DNA of 56,333 bases, the filler included, from Dugesia japonica (Eukaryota): the NCBI GenBank assembly GCA_001938525.1. It is 4 parts of 4 records of this genome, joined end to end, with 100 filler letters (N's around TTAATTAATTAA, not from the genome) between each part and the next. Parts side by side here need not be neighbours in the genome. Positions count along the whole stretch, not along the records: positions 10,567 to 28,783 come from MQRL01514749.1; positions 28,884 to 44,043 come from MQRL01624474.1; 2 more parts are not named here. The stretch is one strand, 5' to 3'. Below the pieces are notes generated by a model. That model was not told the DNA's origin, did not search any database, and saw nothing but the letters and a program-made list of their open reading frames with translations. Position 1 is the stretch's first letter. Each line of letters starts with the position of its first letter. Positions 24,300 through 36,000 of this stretch are shown here, piece after piece. The translations under genes were made by a program, and so were the position numbers.

Positions 24300-25600
24300 A
24301 TATAGAAAATGATTTAACAGTGAAAAGCCAAGAAAAGCATAAAGTGGATACCAAATCGAGCTTACGAGTCAAAAGACGAAGCTTCACGAAAAATCAAATT
24401 TGAAGGGATATGGAGGATAATTAATACAAATATGAACAACAAATAAAAGCGTGTTTATTACAGATGCAATCAAGTTAAGCGACGAAGAAATCAATGTTCA
24501 GCTTCTATCCACTTATTATATAATAATAACGAATATGAGTCAGTTACGATGTTTATAACAAGTGATGAGCATGAACATTTCGAACAAAAATCACGAGGCA
24601 TTCAACTGTAATAAAAAAAAGTGAAATTGCAGAACTTTTTAAATTGAAAGTGAAACCAAAGAAAATGCTTGAAATTATAGAAGAAAAGAAGTTACAAGTT
24701 CCAACAAAAAGACAATTATTAAACTATTTGAAGACATTAAGAGAAACAATTTATGATAGTTCCGGTATTAGCCTAGGTGAACCATAGGCATGGTGTGGAG
24801 CGCCTTCAATAATACCAAATGATGACGATGGAACATGGATTTTAAGATAGGAAATTGAGTATTCAGATGAGTTTGATGATGAGGAAAATGTTCATGATAA
24901 TGATGATGATAATAAATTCAGATTTTTTATGACAATCAAAAGATTATTAGCAAATGCGCAAATATCAAATTGAATCCCTGCAAAGGTAACTTTCAAATTG
25001 ATATGGTAAAGTTTTACTTGTTTCATTATTGGTACAACAGGTTTGGACTAAAAATTTCATCCTCGTGTTTTTTTCTGTTTGCTCAAATGAACAAGAAGAA
25101 GACTTTGAATTTGTTTTTAAGTCTTTGCGTGATTATATACGTGATGTTAACACTGAAATTAAGACGGAAAATTTAGTCTTGATTACTAATCGTTCAAAGG
25201 CTATTCGAAACGCCTTGAACAATGTATTTGATTATGAAAAATCCATAGTTATGTGTTGGGCTCAAATGCGTATGTGCGTATTTGTATTNAANAAAACTTG
25301 GTTTAATACAAAATAAAGAAATGCATGCTGAAATTAGCGATATTGAGACATTGAAGAATCCCAAAGATAAAAATACTTTTGAAATAGCAAATAAATCAAA
25401 CAATTTACCAAACAATGCTGAACTTTGGTAAAAATATACATGTACATGTTCATTATTTCTCAAAACATGTATGTGCAAACATGTTATTAGACTTTTAATT
25501 CTTTTAAAATATTGTTAGCCTCCAGTGAATGCTAGAAATGTTGAAATAGACGCAAAATGAAAAAGAGAAAGGGCAACTAAGACTAAAAATGTTCTTTTGG
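24300..25600 (+). mobile_element. MULE/Mutator-like transposase remnant with a SWIM zinc finger
   Basis: YYRCNQVKRRRNQCSASIHL...HEH DNA-binding domain. LITNRSKAIRNALNNVF...MCWAQ matches the MULE core, and YTCTCSLFLKTCMCKHV is a SWIM CxCx(n)CxH. Many stops. Confidence 0.75.
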
Positions 25601-25619
25601 CTCCACAATATTTTGGCTT

Positions 25620-27050
25620 CAGATAGTTCTTCTGGAATTCTGGATAAGAAATTATTTACCATATTTTCTTACCCTTTCACTTATTTGAGCTGGAATAAAA
25701 ACTGACTGATAAATTTAATATGACGCGAATACCAGTTTGTTGGACTTTTCATCGATTGACTATATAACATTGGCTTGTGGTCTTTTAAAATTGTGAATTC
25801 ACTGCTTTCTAAGTAATGCTTGAAATTCTTGATGAATAGATGGATAACCAAGAGTTCGAAATCAAACGTTGAATATCTTCGTTCTGTTTTGTTTAATTTT
25901 CTTGAGAAAAATACGATTAGAGCAAGTTTATCGTTGACCTCGTGATTCAGACTTACTGCAACTGCAATGTTTGATGCGTCTGTTTGTAGTGTTAACTTTG
26001 TTGTTAATCAGGTAGAGTTATATTTGTATATCTATTCAGTGTTACTTTCGTATCTGAGATAGGTTTTTTAAGTTCGACTGTTCTTTGTAACTTACAAGTA
26101 TTGTTTGACAATGCAAACAGATTGTNAAGAGAAAACATTGTTTCGGAGAGATTTGGAGTCATCTATTGGTAAAATGTTGTTTCTCCTAAAAATCTTCTTA
26201 GCGACGAGACATTTAGTTGGTAAGAGACAGTCTTTTATCGCATTGATATGAGTTGGTTTTACTCATTGTGAAGATATATTGAATCTAAGGAAATCATCAA
26301 ATTTCATTCTGAATTTGCTTTCGGTTTCATTAATTTTTAAATTTTCTCTCGTTAGGATTTCTTAAATAGTTTTAATATTAATTTCTTGGTCGCCGATTGA
26401 TTTAAAGAATATGATATCATCAACATAGCTAGTTGTGTAGCTTTCTGTGTGGTAAAGGATTGACTTCATATATCGCTCAAACATTTGTGAGGCATGTTGG
26501 AGTCCAACTGGCATCCTTATATATTTAAAAATACCAAAAGTCATGATGCATGCTGCATGTTGAATATCTTCTGTATTTATTGATATTTGATGGTAGACCT
26601 TCTCTAGGTTTATTTTCGAAAGTATGGGGCTGTTTCCTAAACAATTTCGAATATTTGAGATAGGAGGTAAGAGATACTTGTCTGCAGTCGGTAGTCTTGC
26701 GTGACCGATAGATTTTATCTTTATTTTTGACAGCAATCAAAGGATATGACCAGGCGCTTGTGCTTCTTCTGACAATTCCTTTTTCTAGAAGCTTGCCAAA
26801 TTATTGGTGAACTGTTTCATAAATTGTTCAAGCTAGCGTTGGTATTTTCAAGATATAGTTGGTCTAGTTGAAATGATTCAAAGTTCTGGTTTGTGTTGTA
26901 GCATATTCTATATTCTTGCGATTCTAGATTTATTTAATTTTATCAACTTGTTGCAATTATTCTATTTTCAACATAAGACATAATTCTCTGAAATATTTTT
27001 CTTTGTCGAATTAAAATAATTTGGTTCTGCATTTCCCACATTTTCCGGCC
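25620..27050 (-). mobile_element. Gypsy pol remnant (RT + RNase H)
   Basis: KYLLPPI...SKINLEKVYHQI...TFGIFKYIRMPVGLQHASQMFER...YVDDII RT motifs, plus LQTDAS..AV...FFSRKL..E.RYS RNase H. Confidence 0.85.
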
Positions 27051-28717
27051 TTTCTGTTTTTATAGCATTTCATATGAGTTTATTGATCAAATATTTCAAA
27101 ATGACAAAATGATGTCTATGTAATATTTTTAAACATAGATATCAATAGATGTATTGTAACTATGAATATTAATTTTTTTAAAAATTAAATCGAAGTGCAA
27201 CCATTTCGTAATGACTAGGGAACGATTTACAGAGTTTCGCAATAACGAGAACGAGGAAAGATACCTATTACGAGTGGGTATCTTCTCTGGTTCGCGTTAT
27301 TGGACGGTGGAAATGATGATAGGCCACAGGCCGAAGAAATCGTGCAAAATCATGGGACATTTAAAATTTGATTTTATTTTATTGTATTTATTTTGATGAC
27401 ATTATTGTATATAGAGTAAATTGATAAATATGATCATAATTTATTAGATGATGAAAAANNNNNNNNNNNNNNNNNNNNNNNNNNNNNNNNNNNNNNNNNN
27501 NNNNNNNNNNNNNNNNTACTATATCGAGTGGACGGAGGTCCAGGAAATGATCCGCGACGAAAAAATAAAACGGAAAGAAGAGACAACTGATATGAGGGCG
27601 GATCTCGAGGTGGCCAATTTGCGGCTTGCCATACTCGAAGCAAATAATTCGTTGCTGACTTCGCAACGGGATCAATTGATGGCGGTCCTCGAGGAGACCG
27701 AGTCGACAGCCACTGCCGGGGACGTCTAACTTCCGGAGATGAATCCAAAGGGGAACGAGGTTGAAGAAGGCGAGTTGGATTCGCAAGCCGAACAAGAAAA
27801 AGGGTAAATAATGAGGAGCCTGATGTGCCTTAACGGTGCTAGCACGATCTCAAGTGTAATAAAAAATTAAAAAATTTTCTAAATGTCTTGAAGAATTTGC
27901 TAATGATTTTTTTTTAATTTTAAAATTTTGTTGAGTTATAGTAAATAGGTGAAAGTGTGATATGTACGTCACGATAATCTGAGAGGCAGGGTTAAATCTA
28001 TTGCATTTTATTTTAGTTTTATTTCGTTTATTCGGAAGTTCATAGAACTGCCATAACTGAGAATAGAAAAATTATAAAATTCGAAAAATATAAATTATAA
28101 TTATTGCACGTTAATTAGTTCAGAAATGATGTCGATATTTTGCNNNNNNNNNGCAGAAGATCGTTCAAAGAGCATTTTGGATGATTGGAAAATTTCTGCT
28201 AAAATTAAATATGTGTCGAATTATTTATAATTTTTTTTCGAAAGTATTTATTTTAATTCATTAGAAAAGTTAATTTTCGATCTTTTAACCTCATGTTTTA
28301 GTCGGTAGATGTGTGTTATTTATATTTTACAATTGTTTTATTTTGAAAGATATTGACATAAATGAGTTCCAATTTTATTATTCGCCATTGTATCTGTTAA
28401 TATTTAACATTGATGGTGAAATTCGAGTATGGTGTAAGGGAATATTGGAAAACGTAATGATCGATTTAGATTTTTAATGACAACGAATCATGAGCCAATA
28501 AGTGAGTGGTAATTGAGATTCCTGAAAAGAACCGTAAGACGCGATACCAAAAAGTCGCGCTGAACCCGTGAAAAAGAGTGGCATGTCACAGAGCTGACTA
28601 AATGCTTGTGGTTTTTAGGTATGCCCCTAGACGAAATATATCGGATTTATTTAGTTTCGGAAATAATCGAATAGGAAGAGTGTCGATATTAAACTCAGAT
28701 ATATTGATATTAAGCCC

Positions 28718-28720
28718 AAC

Positions 28721-28783
<63 letters not shown>
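28718..28783. repeat. (AAT)n microsatellite
   Basis: Direct run ending at the spacer. Confidence 0.95.
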
Positions 28784-28883
28784 NNNNNNNNNNNNNNNNN
28801 NNNNNNNNNNNNNNNNNNNNNNNNNNNTTAATTAATTAANNNNNNNNNNNNNNNNNNNNNNNNNNNNNNNNNNNNNNNNNNNN
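28784..28883. other. artificial assembly spacer
   Basis: 44 N + TTAATTAATTAA + 44 N. Confidence 0.95.
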
Positions 28884-28955
28884 CTAATTTCATTATCACA
28901 TACTATTTTCATTAAGTATTATGTATATTACATTAAATCAATATTATATTACACT

Positions 28956-31333
28956 TAGGGTTTCTGAAAAATCGGGTTTTTAAGAATGGTCGAATCCGAA
29001 TAAACAATTCAAATATTCGTCGAACCCGTATAATGAAAAAAACATTTTATCATTTAAATATATAAAATTAAATATTTATAGTAATTTCAACATACTTTTT
29101 TTATTATAATTCATATGAAAACATTTTAAATATAACAATGCGTTCATAAACTTGTCTGCCAATCGTGAACGTATTTTTTGTACAAAAATTAGCGGATAAA
29201 GAAAAGGCTCGTTCCGCATCAGTTGAAGTAGGTTTGATCGTCAAAAGTGCATCATAAAGATTTTGCCAATTTGGTGTTCTTTTTGCAGTGCTTCTGAATA
29301 ATGTAAATTCCTGCTTAAACTTGTTGAAATGATTTTTTAGATCATGCTCAATCATTGAATTTTTCAAAANGTCTTCGAGTTCTTTTTCCATTGATTTTTC
29401 TGATTGAATTACAATTACATCATTTTCAACTACCGTAATTTTATCTTTGTCGACATCCATAGAAAACAACCTTTTCATTAAATTTGTGGCCAAACTCAAC
29501 TGTTCTTTAGAAGGCACTTTATTTATGTCCTTCAAGCATTTTAAAAGTTTTATTAAATCTGAATTTATACGCTCTTCAATTCGCTTTGATATATTAGTAA
29601 GTAAATTTCTGCTTATTTTAGTATTGGATTCTTTAAGTTTTTCCTGCATAAAATTTAAAGCAAGATCAGTAGAAATCAGAGTTGCATGCTTACGACTACA
29701 TGCCCCGACTGCTAGTTTTATTGGTTTTAAAGCTATATTAAGTTCATTAAGCAATGTAAAATTTACATTAATCAGTATATCCTCGGAATTTAGCTGGTGA
29801 AAAACTTCTATGATATGAGATTTAACTCTCAAAAAAATTTCCATCATATTTTGCATAGAATTCCATCGTGTTTTGACATCTAATACTAACTGCAATTTAT
29901 TCCCTAAGTCGGCTTTAATTTTTTCTTGCAAAATTCCGTTTTTAATTGTAGACTTTTTGAAATTTTTTATAAGTTTTTGAACGTTTGTAACATTTTCTTG
30001 AATATCAAATGACTTTTGTTCTAATTCAATTGATTCANNNNNNNNNNNNNNNNNNNNNNNNNNNNNNNNNNNNNNNNNNNNNNNNNNNNNNNNNNNNNNN
30101 NNNNNNNNNNNNNNNNNNNNNNNNNNNNNNNNNNNNNNNNNNNNNNNNNNNNNNNNNNNNNNNNNNNNNNNNNNNNNNNNNNNNNNNNNNNNNNNNNNNN
30201 NNNNNNNNNNNNCAGGACATTCTCGTCCATATTTAATCATAATTTTGGCACCATCGTTAGTAGATGAAACTACATCTTTTTCAAAAATACTATTGAAAGT
30301 ATTTAGATGGTTTGTTACCAATTCAACTAAAGCGGAAGCAGAACATGAGTTATATATTCCAATTTAGCTAAGATTAAAAGTTTTAAATTCATTATCATGT
30401 AAGTTAATGTTTACAAACCGTTTCATAGCAACACTAGTCCATTCGTCTAAAGTTATACTGAATCTTTTATTTTTTTAAAATTTATCTTGAAGTTCATTTA
30501 TCATTATTTGTTTTTTCTTTTCGACATCTTTGTAAATAGGTTTCATCACATCAGACTCATTTTTTGGCAAAACATAACCACATTTCATAATTGATTAGCG
30601 AATAAATTCAGATCTGGTAATGGCCCTAATTGATATGCCATCGACTGTTGCTAACCTAGATACAATTTTATCCAAGCTTCTCTTAACAACGATAGTATAA
30701 TCTAAAAATGTTTTATTTGTTTTCTTGCTAGGTTCATCTTCTGACATTTCTAGACGATTTTTTTGAATATTAATTTCATGTTTCACATTTAAGTGTTTGG
30801 TCATTGATGTGGTACATCCATCAATATTTGATAAGACTGCTTTACATTTATTGCAAATAGCTTTTCCTTTGCTGGAGTNTTGCAAAGTATAATAATCCCA
30901 TATTTTGATTTTTTGGGTTTTCAACGGCATATATAAGGTCTAAAATTTTTATTATTACTTTTCTAAAAATAAAACAGAATTCTTATTTATCTCACCAAGG
31001 ATTTGAAAATCAACACAATTTTAAAAATCAAATTCCAAAAATTTGAAATATTATATTACGTTAAACAAAATCCAAAAATTTAATATATTTATTAAGTGAA
31101 AAATTTAAAAATGACTAATATTTTAATTGTAAACAAATGTGACAAATGACAACTAAAATAAAATAAATTTGTCATAACGAAGACTCGAAATTTTTTATTA
31201 AAAATCGTATTTAGAGATGAGACTCGAATTTTTTTGTAAAAAATCCATCCGATTAATGTCAACAAAACAAATCGAATATTTTAGCAAATATTCGATCGAA
31301 TCCGAATCCAAATTAATTGTTTCAGAAACCCCA
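28956..31333 (-). mobile_element. hAT DNA transposon, full length, with TIRs and 8-bp TSD
   Basis: TIR TAGGGTTTCTGAAA ... TTTCAGAAACCCCA (1 mismatch), with TSD ATTACACT / ATTACATT. Encodes a BED finger plus transposase. Confidence 0.92.
29104..30930 (-). pseudogene. hAT transposase (BED zinc finger, DDE core, hATC domain), disrupted
   Basis: IWDYY..AICNKC....TTSMTKHLNVKH (BED), SITLDEWTS, TNDGA, LDVKTRWNS, PTSTDAERAFS. Stop at 30595 and a frameshift. Confidence 0.9.
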
Positions 31334-31884
31334 ATTACATTAAACCAATTTCAATTAACCATATACGTATATTTTATAAGTTTAAAGTCATTTTCATACA
31401 AATATAACCAAATATTAATATATACAATCTCAATAAAATATCCACAATTTACTGAAAATTGTACATAGATTTATAAAAAATTGTCACTATTTTAATTAAA
31501 ATATATACTAAGCTGAGTCTAATGTTTACCGGGGGTCAACATGATGGTATAGTCTATCATCATAGTCCATGTCATCATGCAACGAATGATACAATTAACC
31601 AACTTAATACAATACAATAAATTTGCATGGCTATTTATTAAGTCATATATTAATTTCGTCAAGATAAGTACACTAAGTTTACATACATACAAATTTCGAT
31701 AAAAATAATTTATAGACTAGTTTCATTAAGACTTTATAAAGTAAAGTTTACATAAAGATTTTTAATGATACGTTTATAACAATTTCAATAAAATATACAC
31801 TAATTTTGAGTCTAATGTCTTTCAGTATGATTGCTTGAATCTTTACTTAAATAATACCGACTGAATAAACTCATATTTTCACAT

Positions 31885-31925
31885 TTGTCTGACGATGACA
31901 GTTGATCCGTCGAAATATATAACAG
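31885..31925 (+). ncRNA. minimal type I hammerhead ribozyme (Penelope-associated type)
   Basis: ttgt CTGACGA t gac..gtc GAAA tata T A acag: conserved core, stem II gac/gtc, palindromic stem III ATATAT, stem I ttgt/acag. Confidence 0.6.
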
Positions 31926-32391
31926 TTCAATTTTATTTTAAATGACGTTATTTATTTTTTATTAAGCATTTTGTCATCGTTTTTTTACACGCACGCATAC
32001 ACATATATAATTTAATATTAATTTAAATTAATTAAATTATTTAAGTGATCACTACAAAAAAATAGAGTTTGAAATATTATATAAAACAATTTATTAGTGA
32101 AATAGTACGGCCAAAGTGGAATGCAGAATAGCNGGATAGGACAAGTGCAGAAACTATTATACAAATACAGTATTCTATGATTGAAACCTAACAACATTTG
32201 AACACATCTTAAAAAAACAATTTTCGGACTGGTTAATAAGATCACATCTAATGCTAATCTGTTTCGAGGTTTCTATTTGATCTGCTTCATTTTGAATATA
32301 GAATACAGGTTATACGAATTTGATGGCAGACACAAATGATTGCATAAATCCACAAAGTTTATCACAAAAAATGACAGACTTTCCGACTATT

Positions 32392-32639
32392 TTATGGCAT
32401 ATCTTGAAGAGTATGCAGTTCGGCAATTGGACTTCTGGGATTTGCAAGCATATCAGACCAGTGCTTAAGTTCAACTCCAGTAGCATTACAACCCAGTACC
32501 ACTCTGCCAATTGGTTCACTTGTTCCAATTCTATCATAATCAACAACCGTAACTATTAGATTAACTTCCTAAAATAAAAAATTACAATAATTGAACTAAA
32601 ATAAAATTTTGAAAATTCTTTTATCAATAATTTTAATAA

Positions 32640-32705
<66 letters not shown>

Positions 32706-32938
32706 NNNNNNNNNNNNNNNNNNNNNNNNNNNNNNNNNNNNNNNNNNNNNNNNNNNNNNNNNNNNNNNNNNNNNNNNNNNNNNNNNNNNNNNNNNNNNNN
32801 NNNNNNNNNNNNNNNNNNNNNNNNNNNNNNNNNNNNNNNNNNNNNNNNNNNNNNNNNNNNNNNNNNNNNNNNNNNNNNNNNNNNNNNNNNNNNNNNNNNN
32901 NNNNNNNNNNNNNNNNNNNNNNNNNNNNNNNNNNNNNN

Positions 32939-33006
<68 letters not shown>

Positions 33007-36000
33007 TTAAAAGTTTTCTCAACCTATAATAAAAGGTTTTTTAATATTGTTTTGATTTTTATAAAATTTTAAGATTTAATTTATTGATATTAATTTTCTT
33101 TTATTTTTTAATTATTATAATTACTGCAAACGACATTAATCTTACGTATATCCTCTTTGATCAATATTTGTTCATGTTTTTTTCTGTTAAGTGTAGATAT
33201 GTAGCCTGTTCCTAATGTTTTTCATGAAATATGATGTTTTTCTGATAACATATTATGTTGGTGTTGAAAATGTTTGAATACTTCACTATATTTCTGTTTG
33301 AGATGTTTTTAAATTCTTGTACGGATGGTTCTACATGTTTCTCCAAGGAGAATTAGTAACAAAGAAAATATCGTCTATCTGAATCATAGATGTATTTGCT
33401 TCTTAGCTTTGAGAATTATTTTACTTTCAATGAAGATCATAAAAATTATCGCTAGAATAAGAGACAAATTTTTATCCTTTGCCAAACAATTTTTTTGTTT
33501 AAAACGTTGTTCCCCGATAAAAACATACAATTATCCAATTTCAGAAATTGATAACAGCATAGAATAACTCAAAAATAAACTATTAGAAACTTACAAATAT
33601 AACAAGAATAGCAAATCAAAAAGTAATGAAATCAAAATTATTAAAGAAATAAAGAATTTTAAATCAATTATTATTTCTCCAACAGAAAAAACCAATAAAT
33701 TGGTAGCTTTACCTGAATAACTTTTTGAACACCTGAATAATTATGTAACCATCATCCATAAAAGACTACCAATTACTGAAGACAATAAATTCAATAAATA
33801 ATTGATTAAAATTGCAGAGAAACTAGAAGACACAATAAAATCATTACTTTTAACAGTAAAATGTTATGAACCAGTTCCATAATCTATGTACTGTGTTTCT
33901 AAAGATCATAAAAAAACAATGAAAGGAAGACCTGTTGTCAACGCTTCCGATACTCCATCTACTTCATCATATATGCTCATGGAAGATTGTTTCAGAGCAC
34001 TATTTATTTTTCAATTGAATCAAATTAATATAATTTGTGATAATTATAATTAAATAAACTATTGTAAATTGAAAGAATTTTAAAAATTTAAAAATAAAAT
34101 ACACATTTAATAATTAAAATTTTCAATTTAATTAGAATTTTAAGATTAAATTTTTAAAAAATTTAAATTTGAATATAATAATTCAATAAAATTTTAATGA
34201 AATATAAAAAATTTTTTAATAATGCTTTAATATCGATTAAATCTATCAAAAAGTCATCATATTCCTGAAGAAGACAATAGTTGAAAATTTGAATATCTAT
34301 AAAACAACAATTTAATTTAATCGAAGCTATTACTTTATTTTAATGAAATCTCAAATGCAATCAATGATTAAGTCCAACAATTATTCTTGCAATAATTGTA
34401 ATTATACAATGTACATTATAGGAAAATTCGATTCATAAACAGTTAATGAATATTCAATTCATCAATAGCATTTCATACCCAAGAAAATTTTTTTATAATT
34501 TTCAAGTTAATCATTTCAAATAAATTCCATAAAAATTATTTAATCTTGTCTAAATTAACCAAAATATTGTTTTACCAAAATGAGATATAATTGGATAATT
34601 TAGTAAATTTAAGAAAATGAATGACAAAAATAATTACTTGTATTTGTTCAAATGGAACTTCAAATGAAAACGATTCATTGTAATATGGATTTAATGTGTG
34701 TTTTTTAACCGTGGTTTTCTTTTTCTTCACTCTCTTTCCATTTAACATCAAAGACACTTCCACATATGGATCTATAATAAAATCAGAATTATATTAATAA
34801 ATAAAAATAAAAAATATAATTGTTATATTTCGATTTCTTTTTTNNNNNNNNNNNNNNNNNNNNNNNNNNNNNNNNNNNNNNNNNNNNNNNNNNNNNNNNN
34901 NNNNNNNNNNNNNNNNNNNNNNNNNNNNNNNNNNNNNNNNNNNNNNNNNNNNNNNNNNNNNNNNNNNNNNNNNNNNNNNNNNNNNNNNNNNNNNNNNNNN
35001 NNNNNNNNNNNNNNNNNNNNNNNNNNNNNNNNNNNNNNNNNNNNNNNNNNNNNNNNNNNNNNNNNNNNNNNNNNNNNNNNCTCATGACCAGTCGACTTTG
35101 CACTTACTTTCATGAAAACCATTAGAGTGTTTATCAACAAATCACTTTATCAAGGAAAGGTTGTTAATGATTGTTAAGTATAACTTCAATTGGTAATTCA
35201 TTTTCCAATTTTTACTAATATTTTGAGACATCATTTATTTTACTACTTCAAACCAAGCATTTCAATATTAATATTTATATAACTCAATTTCTATTGGGTG
35301 AAATTATTAATTAATACTAATTTCCTCATATCCCCCTTCTTAAGAAACTTTCTAAGTTTTTCCACATTTCTTTCTAATCGCTGTCCATTTTCTCCTTGTC
35401 CATTTTCTCCGCCTTTCATGAATTTTCTCAATTATTTGATAAGGTCCTTCAAATTTGTCTTGACTTTTATTTTTAGTTTCTACTTTGATGAGTATTAAAT
35501 CACTCACTTTGAATTCTCTTTTAGTAATCACGTCTGAAATGTTTTCTTTAGTTCTATCTGAAACGTCTGACTCGTACCACTTTTTTCTGCTAATTTTCTT
35601 TCCAAAAACGATCTCAGCCGGACTATTTCCAGTTGTCTTCTGTTTTGTTGCGTTTATTGTAAATTCTATTTCCAATAAAAGATCCGCCCAATCTGTTGTC
35701 TTTCCTTTCTGAAGTGTTGCATTAATTAAATCTCGAATTGTCCTGAACTGTCTCTCAATTTTTCCGTTTGCATTATGATGATGGGGACTCGAAAAGCAAA
35801 GTTTAATATCTAGCTTCAGTGCAAACTTTCTCATAACTCTGGATTCAAAAGCTTTCCCACAATCTAATCGTATCTCTCTTGGACATCGAAACCTCAGTAT
35901 CCACTTTTCAAAAATAGCTTTTCGTATTGTTTCCTCATCTAGTCATGGCAATGGTATAAGAACCAGATATTTACTGTACTGATTGATTATTCCAAGAATG

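Noticed and set aside
32310-32559. ORF-track 78/79-aa ORFs
   Set aside because: Alternative frame and antisense of the real terminal synaptotagmin exon.
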